A stretch of 64,000 nucleotides of DNA from a virus: IMG/VR virus record IMGVR_UViG_3300045988_010396, positions 37,395 through 101,394 of that record; one strand, 5' to 3'. The translations under genes and the position numbers were made by a program. Below, piece by piece: positions 7,866 to 17,366 of this stretch (the first letter of the stretch is position 1; the number at the start of each line of letters is the position of its first letter). The notes beneath the pieces are model-generated. The model saw only the letters and a list, made by a program, of their open reading frames with translations, was not told where the DNA came from and searched no databases.

Positions 7866-7999
7866 ATAGAGGTTAGTGAATGTTACAGTTACTTCAATTA
7901 TGATTAGTATATTGGTTTAACATTCAATCAAGAAAGGAGTAGATTTATTCACAACTTTTTTAACTCAACCCAACTGTGGCAGAGTTGTTCTACCTCTAT
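7866..7999 (+). repeat. Decayed copy E of the conserved element plus a degenerate tRNA-Thr 3' half
   Basis: TAGTGAAT...GTTACTTCAAT followed by GTATATTGGTTTAACATTCAAT, which resembles the T-arm of the 7734-7861 tRNA. Flanked by ATAGAGGT/ACCTCTAT. Confidence 0.4.
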
Positions 8000-8063
8000 T
8001 AAGAGGGCTATGGTAGTAATACTATAGTCCTCTTTCTTTTTGAAATTGTGTTAGCTACATATA

Positions 8064-8480
8064 TTGTATTACTTAAAAAAAAAAAGTATGGCAAAAACAA
8101 ATGAAAGTGTCGGGAGAGTCGAGGACTTGAAGGCACAAGTGAAGGACCTTCTAGGCTTAGATGCCATGATGGATGAGAGTGTGACTAAGGAAATGAAGGA
8201 CGAACTTATCGCTCAGGCTAAGAACAAAGGTGATAAGCACATCGAAGAGGTGATGGACACCATTGAGAAGGCACTTGAGAAGGTTAAGGACCCTGAGTTC
8301 AAGGCTATCATCGCCTCTATCATATGGACTAAGTGTCCTATAGGTATGCAGAAGTCCTGCATTGAGTTTCACAACAAGCTGTTGTGTGTTGCGATGGCTG
8401 CTCATATGGATAAGCAGACTAAGGGTAATTCCCTTGCAGGTCTTGCACTGCTGTCAACTGTACTTGGAGATAAGAGATAA
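8064..8480 (+). CDS. Hypothetical protein (likely start at the ATG at 8088, MAKTNES...)
   Basis: ORF following an A11 tract; Lys/Glu-rich. Confidence 0.45.
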   Translation: MYYLKKKSMAKTNESVGRVEDLKAQVKDLLGLDAMMDESVTKEMKDELIAQAKNKGDKHIEEVMDTIEKALEKVKDPEFKAIIASIIWTKCPIGMQKSCIEFHNKLLCVAMAAHMDKQTKGNSLAGLALLSTVLGDKR

Positions 8481-8486
8481 ACTGAA

Positions 8487-8858
8487 ATGAGTGAAATCAA
8501 GGTGAGTGTCAGTATTACACTACAAGGTGGTGTAATGCTGACCCAAGCTGAGGCTGAACAGCTTGAGAAGAACAAAGTAGGCACTGGTTATGACCTGACT
8601 AGAGTCAAGGTTAAGGACAAGGAGGGTAATGCTGATGTCCTCAACGTGAGAACTAGGAAGTCCAGAACTGCCACACAGACCATAAGCATGTACAAAGAGG
8701 CTTATGAGTACATGACAAGTAAGGATAGCTGTCCTACCAGTATCAAGCAGTATGTATGGGCTAAGATGAAGCCAGTACAGAGATTGGAGGTACATCTTAA
8801 CTTGGTATGTAAGCACCTCGGGGGCATCTCCTACACCTATAAGGTATTTGATGATTGA
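8487..8858 (+). CDS. Hypothetical protein, 123 aa
   Basis: ORF 7 nt after the previous stop. Confidence 0.45.
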   Translation: MSEIKVSVSITLQGGVMLTQAEAEQLEKNKVGTGYDLTRVKVKDKEGNADVLNVRTRKSRTATQTISMYKEAYEYMTSKDSCPTSIKQYVWAKMKPVQRLEVHLNLVCKHLGGISYTYKVFDD

Positions 8859-9014
8859 GTAATAACAACATCACTTATACTGTAGAAGTATGAGGTTTCT
8901 TGTGGTATTAGTGTCCTTATTGGGAGTCATACTCCTGATAAGGACATTTAATAGGTATGGCCCTAATCTTGACTTGGCACAGTCAGGCAGGAAGTACGTT
9001 AAACTATTTGAGAT

Positions 9015-9734
9015 ATGATAGAATTTGGACTTAAGAGAGTTACAAATGGTAAGAAATCAAGGTTTCTTAAGAAGTTTCCTCGTAAGAGAATACTCCATAG
9101 GGGGGATGAGAAAGCTGCCTCTTGGTTTAGAAACAACTGGATAGATGATAACTACATATACTTTAAGGGTAACTTGGATAGATTCCTTAAGTCCAATGTA
9201 GGAAGACCAGTTGATAAGGTATTTTCAGAATTCCTTGACAGGTGTAATAAATCTGCCAGTGTATATAATCTGAGGAAGTGGTTCTATGACATGTTTAAGG
9301 AAAAGTCAGAGATTGGCTGGTCAGGTGGTTTCTATATCACCAATGGCATATTGAACTACAAGAAGAGAACCAAGAAACCTAAGTACAAGTCTTACATCAG
9401 CATGTGTGACTATAACAGGCAGTTAATACCTGATATAGGTGCTCTGTGCAGACAATGTGAGTCAAGTCATCTCAAGCAACCTGTTGGAGAGTTCAGGCTT
9501 GCCTATAAGGGCCAGAAGAGGGTTTACTTAGTGGAGAGGGAGATATGGTTATCAGACCTAAAGCTACAGTCTCACTATAGGTTATGCTCTATTTATGGAG
9601 TGGGCAAGGGAGTATCCAAGAGTATATTGGATTATCAAGACAAGATGTACAAGGCTACCTATGTATTATGTGACAATCTGGGTTGGTCTGAACTACCTGA
9701 GTTTGTATTTATTACCAAGATTGAAGAGAAATGA
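9015..9734 (+). CDS. Hypothetical protein, 239 aa
   Basis: Intact ORF; basic N-terminus. Confidence 0.45.
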   Translation: MIEFGLKRVTNGKKSRFLKKFPRKRILHRGDEKAASWFRNNWIDDNYIYFKGNLDRFLKSNVGRPVDKVFSEFLDRCNKSASVYNLRKWFYDMFKEKSEIGWSGGFYITNGILNYKKRTKKPKYKSYISMCDYNRQLIPDIGALCRQCESSHLKQPVGEFRLAYKGQKRVYLVEREIWLSDLKLQSHYRLCSIYGVGKGVSKSILDYQDKMYKATYVLCDNLGWSELPEFVFITKIEEK

Positions 9735-9913
9735 AGAAAGGTCTTATACTAGTAGCATTAGTATTATTGTTCATAGTGTTTATGGCTATACTGACAGGTT
9801 GTCTTAGCCTAATATCAGCACCTAACACTATAGAGAACATATTGGGAGTGGTGATACTAGCTGCCACTATGATAACAACGATAAATCTAATCAAGAGTCA
9901 AATTCAAAAATAA
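9731..9913 (+). CDS. Small membrane protein, 60 aa
   Basis: Two hydrophobic helices; 4-nt overlap with the upstream gene. Confidence 0.4.
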   Translation: MKKGLILVALVLLFIVFMAILTGCLSLISAPNTIENILGVVILAATMITTINLIKSQIQK

Positions 9914-9951
9914 GCTGTAAGTGTTTAACAAATTTAATAATTGAAAGAAAA

Positions 9952-10737
9952 GTGAAAAGTAAATTGATTTTGGGACTTCTGTTCTCGTTTATGATGTTCT
10001 CCATGACATCCTGTATGGAGAAGGTAGATGCTGGTTGTGAGGGCATCAAGGTGAATCTGTATGGTAGCGATAAGGGAGTAGATGATGCTTCCCTAGTAAC
10101 TGGTATTGTATGGTACAACCCCTGGACCACTACAGTATATGAGTACCCCACCTATGTACAGACCATTGACTATGAGCCATTCACTATCAATGCTAAGGAT
10201 GGTTCTGAGTTCACTGTAGACCCTACTGTGTCATTGAAGATTATTGATGGCAAATCACCTGCTGTCTTCAAGAAGTACAGAAAAGAATTGAATGAGGTAA
10301 TCAAGGGTACTCTGTATAACTATGTGAAGGATGCCTTTAGAATCCAGTTGAACAAGTTCACCACTGATGACATTGTGAGCAAGAGGGATAGCATTGAGAG
10401 TGCTATTGAGAGATATTTGACTCAAGCACTTGCCAAAGAGAACTTCCAATTGGAACAGCTCACTTCTGGATTGAAGTACCCCCAAACCATTGTAGAGTCT
10501 GTGAATGCTAAGAATAAGGCTATACAGCAGGCCATGCAGGTAGAGAATGAGGTCAAGGTAGCAGAGGCCCAAGCCAAGAAGCTCATTGTAGCTGCTGAGG
10601 CAGAGAAGAAAGCCAATGAATTAAGACAACAGGCTCTTACTCCAGCTATTCTTGAGAAGATGTGGATTGAGAAATGGGATGGTAAGCTTCCTGTGTATGG
10701 TCAAGTGCCTACTATATTCAAGGATATTAGTAAGTAA
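9952..10737 (+). CDS. SPFH/band-7 (prohibitin/HflC-like) domain lipoprotein
   Basis: Signal peptide with a Cys (..FSMTSC). Central SPFH-like block followed by a coiled coil: VKVAEAQAKKLIVAAEAEKKANELRQQ. Confidence 0.5.
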   Translation: MKSKLILGLLFSFMMFSMTSCMEKVDAGCEGIKVNLYGSDKGVDDASLVTGIVWYNPWTTTVYEYPTYVQTIDYEPFTINAKDGSEFTVDPTVSLKIIDGKSPAVFKKYRKELNEVIKGTLYNYVKDAFRIQLNKFTTDDIVSKRDSIESAIERYLTQALAKENFQLEQLTSGLKYPQTIVESVNAKNKAIQQAMQVENEVKVAEAQAKKLIVAAEAEKKANELRQQALTPAILEKMWIEKWDGKLPVYGQVPTIFKDISK

Positions 10738-10740
10738 GCT

Positions 10741-11061
10741 ATGGGATGGATTATATTAGGTATTATGTTCCTTGCAGTGACTGTATGGTCACTCAAGGGC
10801 ACTACCATTGTTGAGTACTGCTATAAGGACAAAGTGGATGAACACCATGTTCCTGTGTGGGCACTGCTTATAGCTTTTGTACTTTACTGTGTTCCTTTTA
10901 TAGGCATATTGGTATTCATAGCATATCATGTATGGTTCATTGTATTTGCCTGTACAAAACCACATAATGGGTATGAGTACTATATTATGGAACTGTCAAA
11001 CAAGAACATACTGCATAGGATTCTTGGTGCAATAGTACGTGTGCTTAATAAAACAATCTAG
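10741..11061 (+). CDS. Membrane protein, 106 aa
   Basis: Three predicted transmembrane helices. Confidence 0.4.
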   Translation: MGWIILGIMFLAVTVWSLKGTTIVEYCYKDKVDEHHVPVWALLIAFVLYCVPFIGILVFIAYHVWFIVFACTKPHNGYEYYIMELSNKNILHRILGAIVRVLNKTI

Positions 11062-11533
11062 TATGAAACAAAAGATATTTAACTATATACTACTGTCTTG
11101 GATGGTAATCCTTACAGGATATATTGCCTTAGAGAGTGGGAAAGCCCCTCCTGATGCTGAGTTTGAGCTAAAACTCAATGATAGGGAGATTATGAAAGAC
11201 TTGGAAGCTAATGTTACCAATATGCTTGCGGTGTGTGAATACTATGGAGTAAAACATCCTAGGGTAGTCACAGCTCAAGCTATATTGGAGTCAGGTAACT
11301 TTGAGTCCAAATTATTTAAGGAGTATAATAATCCCTTTGGTCTTTACAATAGTAAGAAGAAGGATTACTTCAAGTTCAAGCATTGGACAGATGCTGTAGC
11401 AGCCTATATCTCTATGGTGGAGTATAGGTATGTTGGAGGTGATTATTATAGATTCCTTGAGGAGCTTCCCTATGCCCAAGACAATAGATATATAGATAAA
11501 GTTAGAATAATAGAAAGTAATTTGCCCCCGTAG
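11039..11533 (+). CDS. Peptidoglycan hydrolase (FlgJ-type glucosaminidase family endolysin) with N-terminal membrane anchor
   Basis: Motif AQAILESGNFESKLF...NPFGL matches the AQAALESGWG glucosaminidase signature. Confidence 0.6.
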   Translation: MCLIKQSSMKQKIFNYILLSWMVILTGYIALESGKAPPDAEFELKLNDREIMKDLEANVTNMLAVCEYYGVKHPRVVTAQAILESGNFESKLFKEYNNPFGLYNSKKKDYFKFKHWTDAVAAYISMVEYRYVGGDYYRFLEELPYAQDNRYIDKVRIIESNLPP

Positions 11534-11535
11534 AT

Positions 11536-12720
11536 ATGAATAGAGAAGATGCAAGAGAAGAGATATTAAGATTGACCAATAAGGCAATACTCTTGGAACT
11601 CCCAACTGGCTATGGTAAGTCATTGATGGGTATGGACTTATGCTTGAGAGATAATCCTCAAAGAATTCTTATAGTAGTACCTAGAGTTGTTCTTATACAG
11701 AACTGGAAGAATGAGTTCAAGAAGTGGGGAAATGATGAATATCTGGATAGGGTTACATTCAGTACCTATGCTGGATTACATAAAGTTCCTAATATCCGAA
11801 GGCACTTTAACTGTGTCATACTGGATGAGGCTCATCATGTGACCCCTAGAGTCCAAGACTTGCTCACCTATATAACATATGACAAGATAATCATGTTGTC
11901 AGCTACAGTCAAGAGAGACCTCAAGTATGACTTGAAGGATATGTTTCCTGACTTGTATTGTTATAAGGTGAACATGAAGGAAGCCATAGAGAATGAAGTC
12001 CTTCCTGACCCTATGGTCTATCTGTTACCTCTTACTCTTGATAGCAGATATAATTCAGAAAAGATAGTAAAGCATAGTAGTGGCAGAACCTCAGTAACTT
12101 GCTCCTATAAGGATAGATGGAACTATATAAGGGACAAGAATATCAAATTGACTATTGAGTGTACTCAGCTCCAGAAGAGTATTGAATTAGACAATGAGAT
12201 AAGTTTCTGGAAAGATAAGTACATGAGAACTAGGAATGAGATATTCAAGAACAAGTGGTTACATCTTGCAGGTCAGAGGTTGAAATGGTTATCAAACCTA
12301 AAGAACCCCATTATGCTTAATCTGTTAGCTCTATTCAAGAATGAAAGAGTATTGACTTTCTGTAACTCCATAGACCAGACTATTGAACTGGGAAGGAACT
12401 GTATCAACAGTAAGAACAAGGATGCTGTCAAGGTGCTTGAATCCTTTAATAAGGGAGAAATAAGGCACATCACCGCTTGTAATATGCTCAATGAGGGCAT
12501 GAACTTGTCTAACTGTAGGATAGGTATATATGCCAATCTCAACAGTTCTGAGATAATCATCAAACAGAGACTAGGTAGAATACTTAGACATGAGAAACCA
12601 GTGATAGTGATACCTTTCTATAAGGGTACTAGGGAAGAGGAGTTAGTTGCTAAGATGCTTGAGGATTATAATCCTCAGTTAATTCATACAATAGAAAACA
12701 TAACTGATATAAAGATATGA
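11536..12720 (+). CDS. SF2 DEAD/DEAH-box family helicase
   Basis: Walker A PTGYGKS, motif II ILDEAHH, motif III LSAT. Confidence 0.7.
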   Translation: MNREDAREEILRLTNKAILLELPTGYGKSLMGMDLCLRDNPQRILIVVPRVVLIQNWKNEFKKWGNDEYLDRVTFSTYAGLHKVPNIRRHFNCVILDEAHHVTPRVQDLLTYITYDKIIMLSATVKRDLKYDLKDMFPDLYCYKVNMKEAIENEVLPDPMVYLLPLTLDSRYNSEKIVKHSSGRTSVTCSYKDRWNYIRDKNIKLTIECTQLQKSIELDNEISFWKDKYMRTRNEIFKNKWLHLAGQRLKWLSNLKNPIMLNLLALFKNERVLTFCNSIDQTIELGRNCINSKNKDAVKVLESFNKGEIRHITACNMLNEGMNLSNCRIGIYANLNSSEIIIKQRLGRILRHEKPVIVIPFYKGTREEELVAKMLEDYNPQLIHTIENITDIKI

Positions 12721-13118
12721 GAAATAAAGTTTTGATTCAGAAGTCCAGCTTCCATGTGGATGAGGCAAACAAGGTGGTTGTATGCACACTTGAGTGTGAT
12801 ATGCAGCTTGATAAGCATCCTGCTTGGAATTCTATTGATTGTAGAATGTTCAAGAATATCCCCTACGCAAACTGGTATGGCAAGTTCACTGTCAAAGCTA
12901 AAGCAAGGTGCAATGCCACAGACACATTCAGTGTTGAGACTGGCAAGAGAATTGCTGAGAGCAGGGCTAAAGCCAAGATGTTCAACGTCTCCAGCAGAAT
13001 ATATAAGCTTTGTTCAGATGCTCTGACAAAGTTGGCAAAGGAATGTAGTAACTCATCTGTAGCTTGTGAGCAGGCCATGATGATTGAGAATGACCATGTT
13101 CTTGAGTTAACTAGATAA
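12717..13118 (+). CDS. Hypothetical protein, 133 aa
   Basis: ORF only. Confidence 0.4.
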   Translation: MRNKVLIQKSSFHVDEANKVVVCTLECDMQLDKHPAWNSIDCRMFKNIPYANWYGKFTVKAKARCNATDTFSVETGKRIAESRAKAKMFNVSSRIYKLCSDALTKLAKECSNSSVACEQAMMIENDHVLELTR

Positions 13119-13121
13119 GGT

Positions 13122-13718
13122 ATGACAATAAGCATAAATGAGTCTGTTTGTAAGAAGAATAAGTTGAGCTTGGCAGAGCTTCTATCTATTCTCCTTATTA
13201 AGACTGGTGCTGACATACCTAAGTTATTCAAAAGTCTTGAAGAGAAGGAAATCATAGTCAAGGATGTATTTGGTGGTTATATGATAACTCAGAGATGGGA
13301 TGATGTAGCCTCCACTATACTCCTTGATTCTGACAAGGACAGTCAGCCATCAGAGAGACTTGAGAACTTAGCTGTACAACTGGCTGAAATATTCCCCAAA
13401 GGGAAAAAGGCAGGCACTTGCCATTATTTCAGAGGTAATAAGAAAGATACTATACTCCGATTGAAGAAGTTTTTCAAGAGGTATGGTAATAAGTTCACAG
13501 ATGAACAGATACTAGAGGCTGCTAGAAGCTATGTAGCTTCCTTCAATGGTAACTATCACTATATGAGAGTATTGAAGTACTTTATATGGAAAGATGCCAA
13601 GAAGGAGGATGCAGATGGTAATCTGTATGTGGATGAAACATCTGACTTAGCGACCCTGATTGAAAATGCAGGTGCTATTGATTCCATTAAAGAGGATTGG
13701 ACTACTAGCTTGAATTGA
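13122..13718 (+). CDS. Hypothetical protein, 198 aa
   Basis: ORF only. Confidence 0.4.
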   Translation: MTISINESVCKKNKLSLAELLSILLIKTGADIPKLFKSLEEKEIIVKDVFGGYMITQRWDDVASTILLDSDKDSQPSERLENLAVQLAEIFPKGKKAGTCHYFRGNKKDTILRLKKFFKRYGNKFTDEQILEAARSYVASFNGNYHYMRVLKYFIWKDAKKEDADGNLYVDETSDLATLIENAGAIDSIKEDWTTSLN

Positions 13719-13719
13719 T

Positions 13720-14943
13720 ATGGATGTATTTGACAGGTCAATAGAGAAGCTCAAAGTCAGGAGACAAAGGATATTGGATGGGCAGATTAACTGTATTCCA
13801 TTGCCTTTCCCTAGATTGAGAACCTGGTTGCCAGGTATTGAGAAAAGAAGATATACTATAGTTACTGCAAACCAGAAGATAGGTAAGTCAAAGCTAAGTG
13901 ACTATCTGTATGTCTATGAGCCTTTCTTCTATATGATAGAACATCCTGACCAATTAAGGTTCAAGGTGCTTTACTTCACTCTTGAAATGGGAAAGGAAGA
14001 GAAGTTCTATGAGTTTCTCTGCCACCTGTTATATAGGTTGGATAACATAAGGATAAGTCCTACCAACCTTAAGAGTACAAATGCTGACAATCCTTGTCCT
14101 GAGCATATACTTGAACTCATTGAGAGTGAGAGGTATCAGGAGTATATAAGGAAGTTCAAGGAGACTGTCATCTATATAGATGATATAAGGAATCCTACTG
14201 GTATCTATAAGAGAATCAGGGGGTTTATGCTTGAGAGAGGTCAGTTCCACTACAAGAAAGGTACTATTAAGGATGAGAATGGCCTTCCTATGGAGGTAGA
14301 TGTCATTGATTACTTTGAGCACACTGATGAAGATGAGTATATAGAGGTAATCCTTGATAACTATTCCAATCTTATGCAAGAGCAAGGTATGGATAAGAGA
14401 GCTACCATTGAGAAGATGAGTAAGTATGCCATTGAACTCAGGGATAAGTTTGATATTCATTTCTGTGCTATCCAGCATCAGGCTCAAGCTCAGGAAGGTA
14501 TTGAGAATCAAAAGCTCAATAAGCTATATCCATCATCAGATGGTTTGGCTGACTGTAAGACCACCACTAGAGATGCCAATCTGGTATTAGGTCTGTTCAG
14601 TCCGTTCAAGTATGGACTTACAGAATATGAGAAGTACGACATAACCAGATTCAAGAACAACATCAGGTTCTTGATAGTCATTGAAGATAGGGACAATGGT
14701 GCTGGTGGCCAGGTATGCCCACTACTCTTTGATGGTGAGGTAAGTAACTTCTGTGAATTACCTCTTCCTGACAATAAGAGGGAGATTGAGTCAGCACTAC
14801 AGTATGTAGAGCAAGTCATAAGAAAGAGGGCTACTCTAGTATTTATGATGTTCACAAGAGAGTTCTCAAGAGAAAAAAGAAAAGTAGTTAAAGGCTTGCA
14901 CAGATGGTTCAATAGAAGTATCTTTGCAAGCAGAAACAAGTAA
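13720..14943 (+). CDS. DnaB-family (RecA-fold) replicative helicase domain protein
   Basis: NCIPLPFPRLRTWLPGIEKRRYTIVTANQKIGKS resembles the DnaB GlpTGfxxLD...iiAaRPsmGKT region. Contains Walker A and a DANLVLGL motif. Confidence 0.55.
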   Translation: MDVFDRSIEKLKVRRQRILDGQINCIPLPFPRLRTWLPGIEKRRYTIVTANQKIGKSKLSDYLYVYEPFFYMIEHPDQLRFKVLYFTLEMGKEEKFYEFLCHLLYRLDNIRISPTNLKSTNADNPCPEHILELIESERYQEYIRKFKETVIYIDDIRNPTGIYKRIRGFMLERGQFHYKKGTIKDENGLPMEVDVIDYFEHTDEDEYIEVILDNYSNLMQEQGMDKRATIEKMSKYAIELRDKFDIHFCAIQHQAQAQEGIENQKLNKLYPSSDGLADCKTTTRDANLVLGLFSPFKYGLTEYEKYDITRFKNNIRFLIVIEDRDNGAGGQVCPLLFDGEVSNFCELPLPDNKREIESALQYVEQVIRKRATLVFMMFTREFSREKRKVVKGLHRWFNRSIFASRNK

Positions 14944-14949
14944 AAGCAA

Positions 14950-15480
14950 ATGGCAAAAGCATTGATTTTAGCTAAGACTGGGTTTGGTAAATCCAGTTCA
15001 CTGGTTGGTGTACCCTCTGCTGGTATATTAGGCTTGGACCCTAAGGAGACTTATCTCCTTAGCTGTGTTAATAAGCCTCTGCCTATCAAGGGTGCATCTA
15101 AGATTTATGTGCCTATACCTATGCAGGGTATTACTCCTGCTAACTTAGGTTCAGTCATAGGTAAGGGCAACAGGATTATCACCAAGGATGCCAAGATTGT
15201 AGCTGCTGCTATAGAGTTGCTAATCAATTCACCCTTCAAGAACATAGTAGTTGATGATATGAACTATCTATCGCAGGACTACTATATGAAGAATGCCATG
15301 AAAGGTGGTTGGGACACTCCTAAGCAGATAGGTTACAATATGGGTCTTATCTTTGACCAGATTGACAATGTGCCTGAGGATAAGAACATTATCTGTATGG
15401 CTCACTTTGAGACCTACAAGGATAAGAATGGTGACTCCATCTCTTACAAGTACAAATCAACTGGTAACATGGTAGCATAA
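14950..15480 (+). CDS. AAA_24/Sak4-like P-loop ATPase (possibly exon 1 of an intron-split gene)
   Basis: N-terminal Walker A LAKTGFGKSS; Walker B NIVVDD. Confidence 0.45.
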   Translation: MAKALILAKTGFGKSSSLVGVPSAGILGLDPKETYLLSCVNKPLPIKGASKIYVPIPMQGITPANLGSVIGKGNRIITKDAKIVAAAIELLINSPFKNIVVDDMNYLSQDYYMKNAMKGGWDTPKQIGYNMGLIFDQIDNVPEDKNIICMAHFETYKDKNGDSISYKYKSTGNMVA

Positions 15481-15690
15481 CATCTGCCATTATCTATCTA
15501 ATTGCTGGAACACCCTAAAGACAACTGAACTACAAAGTAATTGGTAACAATAAGCTTGAATGTTTGAAAATCAGTTGTATTCTTAGTGATGGAGAAATGG
15601 GCAATCAGCAGCCAAGGGACTCTACGAGTTCAAGGTTCATCGACTATCCCCTGTTGTGGGGGAGTACATTTATAAAGTAATCAATTATAT

Positions 15691-16305
15691 TTGGAAATGG
15701 TAGACAATAGAGAAGTACACATTTATGCATTAAGACATCCTGATACCTTAGAAATAAGGTATGTCGGTAAAACAGTGAGAAAATTAAGTAGAAGGTTAGG
15801 GAATCATATTGCAAATGCTAAAGGTAACCAGCACAATAAGCATTTAAGTAATTGGATTCTTAATATCTTGAAGGAAAATAAGAAACCTGTAATAGAACTC
15901 TTGGAAACTTGTCAAAGTAATAACTGGCAAGAAAGAGAGCAATATTGGATTTCTCAATTTCCTAATCTGATAAATCTCACTGCTGGAGGAGATGGATGTG
16001 TAGGTTTTATTCATGATTCTAAAGCTATAGAAAAGATTAGACAATCTAAATTTGGTACTAAACATTCTGTAGAATTTAAGGAAGCTATGAGTAAAAGGCT
16101 TAAAGGTGTGCCTCTTAGTGAAGAACATAAAAGTAAAATAGGTTTAGCTAATAAGGGAAGGAAGGCTTCGGAAACTGCAAGAAAGAGGCTATCAGAATCC
16201 CACAAAGGTATTACTCAGAGTGAGGAATCCAAAAGAAAAAGAAGTGAATCTATTAAACTTTGGTGGACTAAGAGAAAGTCTATTGAAGATATAGTCAAAT
16301 CTTAA
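15691..16305 (+). CDS. GIY-YIG homing endonuclease with NUMOD-like repeats
   Basis: IYALRHPDTLEIRYVGKT...R..NH; repeated EEHKSKIG/SESHKG units as in I-TevI-type HEGs. Confidence 0.75.
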   Translation: MEMVDNREVHIYALRHPDTLEIRYVGKTVRKLSRRLGNHIANAKGNQHNKHLSNWILNILKENKKPVIELLETCQSNNWQEREQYWISQFPNLINLTAGGDGCVGFIHDSKAIEKIRQSKFGTKHSVEFKEAMSKRLKGVPLSEEHKSKIGLANKGRKASETARKRLSESHKGITQSEESKRKRSESIKLWWTKRKSIEDIVKS

Positions 16306-16348
16306 TGGAAACATTAAGGAGGTATAGTAGAGTGATTAACTATAATAG

Positions 16349-16582
16349 TTATACCTCATTAAATGGGATGAATACATCACACCTGAAGGTAAGTTTGAGA
16401 CTGTACTCTTTGGAAAGATGTCATGGGATGATACAGCTAAGGTAGCTGTAAGGCAGTTTGTAACCAATAATGATGGTGAATATCCTGCCAAAAGTCCTGT
16501 TGGTATGTTTGAATCCCTGTATATTCCTAATGACTTGGGTATAGTAGCTCAGAAGATGCAGGAGTATTATGAGGGAGAATGA
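16349..16582 (+). other. Candidate exon 2 of the AAA_24 ATPase gene
   Basis: Frame open from 16349 to the TGA at 16580, with no credible upstream start. Encodes ...WDEYITPEGKFETVLFGKMSWDDTAKVAVRQF... Confidence 0.3.
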
Positions 16583-16869
16583 CCAGAGAGGAAGTAATCA
16601 GGTTAAGCTATGCATATGCAGCTAGCAATGGCAACCTGAATAGTAATGATACAAGTGTATTGCTACTATCATATTGCTTGGAAAATGGGAAACCTTATAC
16701 AGAAAGTGCAAGGTTTGTGATGTGCTTGAGCAGAAGACCTGTGCTTCTTGCTTATTGTATATCCTATGCTCTTATGTGGTATGAGAAAAAATATGCCATA
16801 TGTAAGCTGTATTCAGCACCCGACACTAGGGCATTTGGTAATGGGAGAAGAATAATCTTAATATATTAA
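16579..16869 (+). CDS. Hypothetical protein, 96 aa
   Basis: ORF only. Confidence 0.35.
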   Translation: MTREEVIRLSYAYAASNGNLNSNDTSVLLLSYCLENGKPYTESARFVMCLSRRPVLLAYCISYALMWYEKKYAICKLYSAPDTRAFGNGRRIILIY

Positions 16870-16874
16870 GTAAA

Positions 16875-17345
16875 ATGAAAGAGTTAAGCAAATTTGAGAT
16901 TGCAGCCATCAGAAGGACTGCACAGAATGTGAATGCAATGGTCACTAAGAAGACCAAGTTGAAAGAGAAGATTGATGCACTTCAAGCTGAATATGACCAG
17001 CTTGAAGAGGCACAGGAGCAGTTTGAAGTGCCCATCAGAAAGATGACTGGTGGTTATGGTACTGAGGACCTCATAGTGAAGGTGATTGAGGACACTGGTA
17101 AGCTGGATAAGGATGGTAAGCCTGTCAAGCTGGCTAAGTATGTCTTGAAGTACCCCGACACTATCCTTCCTCCTGCTATGGATGGTGGTGATGGTGTAGT
17201 GGATGACACTGAGAAGGCTCCTGAGGTTGAAGTGCCTGCAGAGGATGCAGTAGCTATTGCTGCCTCAGTAGAATCTCCTCTTGCTCCTGCTATGGAGGAC
17301 AAAGAGCAGGGTACAGGCCCCAGTGACCTTCCCTTTATGAACTAA
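16875..17345 (+). CDS. Hypothetical acidic protein, 156 aa
   Basis: Coiled-coil N-terminus; acidic, Pro/Ala-rich C-terminus. Confidence 0.45.
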   Translation: MKELSKFEIAAIRRTAQNVNAMVTKKTKLKEKIDALQAEYDQLEEAQEQFEVPIRKMTGGYGTEDLIVKVIEDTGKLDKDGKPVKLAKYVLKYPDTILPPAMDGGDGVVDDTEKAPEVEVPAEDAVAIAASVESPLAPAMEDKEQGTGPSDLPFMN

Positions 17346-17366
17346 TCAAACAAGAAGTAAGCAAGT

